The translations under genes were made by a program, and so were the position numbers. Positions 59,014 to 64,000 of a DNA stretch of 64,000 nucleotides are shown one piece after another. This DNA is from Eledone cirrhosa. Lineage: Eukaryota. Positions within the stretch are counted from its first letter, which is position 1, and each line of letters starts with the position of its first letter. The stretch spans positions 307,768,001 to 307,832,000 of the forward strand of contig OZ024741.1 of assembly GCA_964016885.1 (NCBI GenBank), given 5' to 3'. The notes under the pieces were generated by a model. That model was not told the origin of the DNA, made no database searches, and worked only from the letters and a program-made list of their open reading frames with translations.

Positions 59014-59897
59014 CGAGGTGTGTCAGAAAAGTTCCAGGACTGATGTCACAAAAGATTTATTTCAAACCCAAACTTCACACGAAGAGTTTTCTCCTTCAAA
59101 GTAATCCCCCTGGAGCATGTAACTGTAATCTTAGCTCTCTGCAGCGATCAAACTTTTTTCTTCATAATTTCATATACATGTCTCCTGTTTCAGGTCGTCA
59201 AGCAATGAGCACAGAGCAACTAACAAACTTGAAGTTTCTGGTACGGTTGGGGAAAACTCCGTCAGAAGCACTGGGATTGCTGCAGCAAGTGTATGGAGAT
59301 GAGACGATGTCACGCTCACGTGTTTTTGAGTGGTGCAAGATGACCCGGGAGCAGAAGGCCCTCAACAACCAGGACTGAGGTCAACGTTGAGCTCGTCAGG
59401 CAGATGGTGCGTAGCGATCGTCGGCTGACTGTTTGACTGATAGCAAATGAGCTGGGCATGAATCTGGACAGCGTCTGGAAGATTCTCACTGAAGATTTGG
59501 ACATGCGGAAAGTCTGAGCGAAGATGGTGCCAAAACTGCTGAACGATGACCAGAAAGGTCGACGCATGCAAGTGTGCCAGGACATCCTCGAGCCTCTTGA
59601 AACCGAACCAGACTTGCTAGGGACAGTCATCACCGGTGATGAGTCATGGATCTTCGAGTACGACCCGGAGGGGACCCGTTTTGAAGACGTGGACGACATA
59701 AAAAAGGCCCTGACGACGGAACTGCGGAGGATCCCAGAAGAATCCTTCCAAGAGTGCATGCAAGCGTGGCAGAACAGGATGGAAAAGTGCATTAGATTCC
59801 AGGTGGATTACTTTGAAGGAGAAAACGCTTGGTTTGAAATTTGAGTTTGAAATAAATCTTTTGTGACATCAGTCCTGGAACCTTTCTGACACACCTC

Positions 59898-59898
<1 letters not shown>
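59014..59898 (+). mobile_element. Internally deleted mariner transposon (885 bp) with a TA target-site duplication
   Basis: TA|CGAGGTGTGTCAGAAAAGTTCCAGGACTGATGTCACAAAAGATTTATTTCAAAC and its near-perfect inverse ending CACACCTCG|TA. Transposase MSTEQLTNLKFLVRLGKTPSEA...MVPKLL...ITGDESWIFEYDPE is joined directly to GTRFEDVDDIK...DYFEG, so most of the catalytic domain is lost. Confidence 0.95.
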
Positions 59899-59940
<42 letters not shown>

Positions 59941-59946
<6 letters not shown>

Positions 59947-60492
59947 TTTCAAAATATTAATAAATATAGACATTCATGTGATCAAATATATTTTATTATA
60001 TATATTTCAGAGGTACTGTGCTGTTTCCTCAGTACGTCCTCATCAGATAAAATAAATTGATGTCTGACACACCTGTGCTGATGGTTCAAATCAGTGACTC
60101 CCAAGACTGGAATTGAACCATCAGATAAAATAAATTGATGTCTGACATACCTGTGCTGATGGTTCAAATCAGTGACTGCCAAGACTGGAATTGAACCATC
60201 AGATAAAATAAATTGATGTCTGACACACCTGTGCTGATGGTTCAAATCAGTGACTCCCAAGACTGGAATTGAACCATCAGATAAAATAAATTGATGTCTG
60301 ACATACCTGTGCTGATGGTTCAAATCAGTGACTGCCAAGACTGGAATTGAACCATCAGATAAAATAAATTGATGTCTGACATACCTCAACTGAGGACGTA
60401 CTGAGGAAACAGCACAGTACCTCTGAAATATATATAATAAAATATATTTGATCACATGAATGTCTATATTTATTAATATTTTGAAATAATAT
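59941..60492. repeat. Fold-back cassette: 102-bp perfect inverted arms around 4.4 tandem 78-bp hairpin units
   Basis: 59941-60042 is the reverse complement of 60391-60492. Units start at 60041, 60119, 60197, 60275 and 60353, alternating between two variants. Confidence 0.92.
59990..60053 (-). ncRNA. Type I minimal hammerhead ribozyme motif
   Basis: Minus strand: AUUUUAU-CUGAUGA-GGACGUACUG-loop-CAGUACCUCU-GAAA-UAUAUA-UA-AUAAAAU; 7-bp stem I. Confidence 0.85.
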
Positions 60493-60566
60493 TAATAACT
60501 CCAGAAAACTTATCTATTGTAAAACTATATTCATTGATTAATCAATGAACCTTGTTTAACTTTCGG

Positions 60567-60655
<89 letters not shown>

Positions 60656-60945
60656 ATGGTCTTTTGTCTCTTGTTCACGATTTCACCGAGTTTATATTCA
60701 TAGATATCTGGGACTTGTCTATTTCTTCTCACTTTCCGTTGCTTAAACCATTTTGTTTGTTACCCTAACGTCCCCTTTATTTACGTGTCCCAACGACTTT
60801 TTTTAGCCGTTGTTTGCACCAACCTGAGGCATATGGCCCTTAAAGCAATGAAATGCCTGGGACGGTTGGGGGGTCACTGATGAAGGACTCACTTTTTCAT
60901 ATGCACCACCATTTGCAACAGGCAGCCATCATTATTATCATATTT

Positions 60946-60982
<37 letters not shown>

Positions 60983-61456
60983 TGGGTACATCACAGAGAA
61001 ATCGTCTGAAAAACAAGCAATGTCTTTTCAGTCAACCTCTGGATATCTTGGTAGTTTCATTCCCGTACACATTGGGATGCAATAAAGCATGGGACAGGTG
61101 GCAAGTTGTGCCTTTCGGAGAATTACACAAATGAAGACGAAAAAATAAAGGTATGCTACAAACAAATGTACTTCTACTGAAAAGAAAGACATAGAAACGC
61201 GGTGCAGGGGAGCTTAGTCAAAAAGAATAGAAATGGACAGAAGAAAAATAGAAAACATATTTTTGACTAATGTTCTACATGGGTAAAGAAAGCAAAATTA
61301 CAAGGAGGTAGCGGAAAGGTTGTTTTTATAAATGTTAAATTTAAAAAGACTCGCCTGGCCAAATTTATATCGAATATGAATAAAGACCAAGCCATATATA
61401 TATATTTATATTTTTCATGGTGCAATACTTGTTTATATTATATACACACACATACG

Positions 61457-61523
<67 letters not shown>

Positions 61524-61669
61524 TACGTAATTCCAAAGGAAAAGCAAAAGAAAAAAGAGTGCTGTATGTATAGAACAGAGCTATTTAATTAGAAAGTGAA
61601 CCTTTTGTTCCAGAAACCTTTGGTAATGGAGTAGTTATATTTTGTGTTGTTTACTTTCTAACTAAATAT

Positions 61670-61791
61670 ATATCACCTTGATCACCTTGACCGACCAGTC
61701 TGTCGGGCGCCACTCGCCGCCGCTGGTCACAGCACGTGCTGTTTTAACCATACGATGACGCCATCTCACTGGCTGGGCGGGCAGGCCGTAA

Positions 61792-61792
<1 letters not shown>
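61670..61792 (-). mobile_element. Extreme 3' end of a CR1-type LINE
   Basis: Minus strand ends GACCAGCGGCGGCGAGTGGCGCCCGACAGACTGGTCGGTCAAGGTGATCAAGGTGAT: a stem-loop plus 9-bp tandem tail, like that at 11700-11750. Confidence 0.55.
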
Positions 61793-61865
<73 letters not shown>

Positions 61866-62008
61866 AGAGAGCGAGAGAGAGAGAGACATAGAGATAGATA
61901 GGTAGGTAAATAGGATTTATTTTTCAAGTCTGGTACTTATGATATTGATCTTTAATTGTCGAATCGTTAGATTAGAGTACATAAAGAGACAGTAAGTACA
62001 TAAATACG

Positions 62009-62060
<52 letters not shown>

Positions 62061-62272
62061 GAAATATATATTTGAACAGTTCTTTGATTCTTATATTTCA
62101 TATAACTGCTCTGTAAATCATCTGATGTTTTTACATTGAGCTACTTAACTTACTGGTAATAAGGTAGTAATACATTACTGTCTACCACTATTTAGGGTGT
62201 GTGTAAAATACTTATAACTGCATAAGGTTTCGTATTTACATAACCATAAATAGTATAACTAATACTAACTAA

Positions 62273-62346
<74 letters not shown>

Positions 62347-63628
62347 TAGTGTGTGTGTGTGTATGACAAGATGTGTATATGAAGACATATACGATATGTT
62401 TATATATATCAAACATACATATGTCTCACAATGAATGTGATCATGTCATAGTTAACTGAGTAGTCGTTTGCGTACACCCAACACGTTTTTCTAGGTTTTT
62501 ATTCGTCGTCGGTGACATTTAACCACTCGGTACTAAGACAAGAATAAGCTATATCTTATATATATTTTGTATAGGAAATATCGGGTGTAATTTGCATATA
62601 GTGCAAGTTTGACAGTTTCGGATTAATTAGGATAAATTTGTAGTAGCACTAACATGGTGTGGCTCACAATAGAAGTGTATATGAAGACATATTTCTTCTT
62701 TAAACGTCCATTCTCAAGACGTTTAGCCTTCCAACAGAACTAGTAACTGGGGTCTAGCCGAAAATGGTGCCGAAGTAAGAAATGAGAGTCGGGTGAAAAC
62801 CAGTGTATCGACTCGCTCCTAAGAATGCCACTGCTGGAGATCAAATATTTTCTCTACTCGAACAACCCGTTCTTAAGAAAACTGTTTCTTTACATCCTAT
62901 ATAACTGTATGTATGGTATTATATAATGTTTCTTTAGATCACTTCATTCTATTTCCAATGGAACATTAAATAATACTTTATCCAGCATCGAAACAACGTT
63001 TCTTTCAATGTTTTCACTCAGTGATATAACGGTATGTCCGGTTTTTAAATAATGACTATAAAGAAACTATTTTTCTTCTTTAAGTAAATGGTATCTTCTT
63101 ATCTCATTTCAGTAACAACTAGCCAGCATTTTATCCCTTGAAACCATTCCTCCCGAAACCCCTTCCGTATAGTCTAATTGAAAAAATGTTTGTTAAGTAC
63201 TATTCCAAGCATCAGATTACTGAAGAAAAAGTTACTTATTTAATAAAATACCTTCAATTACAAGATTATTTTCAAAATTAATTGAAGCACATAGTGTATT
63301 TCATTAACAATAGATTAAACGAAAGAGTTAAGTTTCAAACACGTATACAATCGGAATATAGCTTAAGAATAATCACTATCCAGAAAGAACCTTCTGTTAA
63401 TATCGACAAGTTTGTCGCATACTTTAAAATCTTTTTGAAATCATTCTGAAGAAATGCAATATTTAATGTATTGCTAATCAATGGGCATAAAAATAATAGA
63501 TTATTATGCAACCAGCAGTATGTAGACTTATATTGTATTGAAACATATGTTAAAAAACGAACTTTTGTTAAAATTTTTCATATTTCTATACTTCACGCCT
63601 AGCGTTTGTTTTCCTATACATTTAATAT

Positions 63629-63663
<35 letters not shown>

Positions 63664-63665
63664 CA

Positions 63666-63986
63666 ATAATTGTTTCTACTTTAGGCACAAGGCCAGCAAT
63701 TACCCAGTAATGTACTGGTACTTTATTTTATCGACCCCGTAAGGATGAAAGGCAAAGTTAACCTCGGCGGGATTTGAACTCAGAAATATATATATACATT
63801 AATTGTTTCTATTTTAGGCACAAGGCCAGCAATTACCCAGTACATTACTGGTACTTTATTTTATCGACCCGTAAGGATGAAAGGCAAAGTTAACCTCGGC
63901 GGGATTTGAACTCAGATCATAAAGGGACGTAACTCTATGCTTCAAAGCATGGTGTCCGACTCTCTACCGATACTGCCAATCCACCA
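63666..63986 (-). mobile_element. Two tandem SINE family A copies
   Basis: 63666-63785 (truncated) and 63800-63986 (near full length), reverse complements of 57960-58150. Confidence 0.9.
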
Positions 63987-64000
63987 ATAATGAGAGGTAT

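Noticed and set aside
60041-60385. CRISPR-like array of palindromic repeats
   Set aside because: Units are near-identical with no unique spacers, there are no cas genes, and the context is eukaryotic.

Overview
Repeat-saturated, AT-rich eukaryotic DNA with no recognisable host protein-coding gene. The SINE families and extreme (TA)n/(CA)n/(CT)n load suggest a cephalopod, probably Octopus (inference). Nearly all ORFs in the track are microsatellite or satellite artefacts. Real content: a ~15.8-kb 13-bp-monomer satellite with kb-scale internal duplications, a decayed CR1-type LINE, a frameshifted Penelope-like element (PLE; RT plus GIY-YIG) with two relics, an internally deleted mariner, fragments of CRE, RTE, hAT-like and Tigger-like elements, and many tRNA-derived SINEs. 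The main hidden signal is about a dozen type I minimal hammerhead ribozyme motifs with intact cores plus several decayed ones, on both strands. They belong to several sequence families, usually sit beside (TA)n tracts, and several lie in fold-back structures: a perfect 204-bp head-to-head palindrome, and 102-bp inverted arms around a 78-bp hairpin array. The PLE 5' junction also holds an exact 78-bp inverted copy of the nearby mariner. All folds and alignments were read by eye; boundaries are approximate unless stated.
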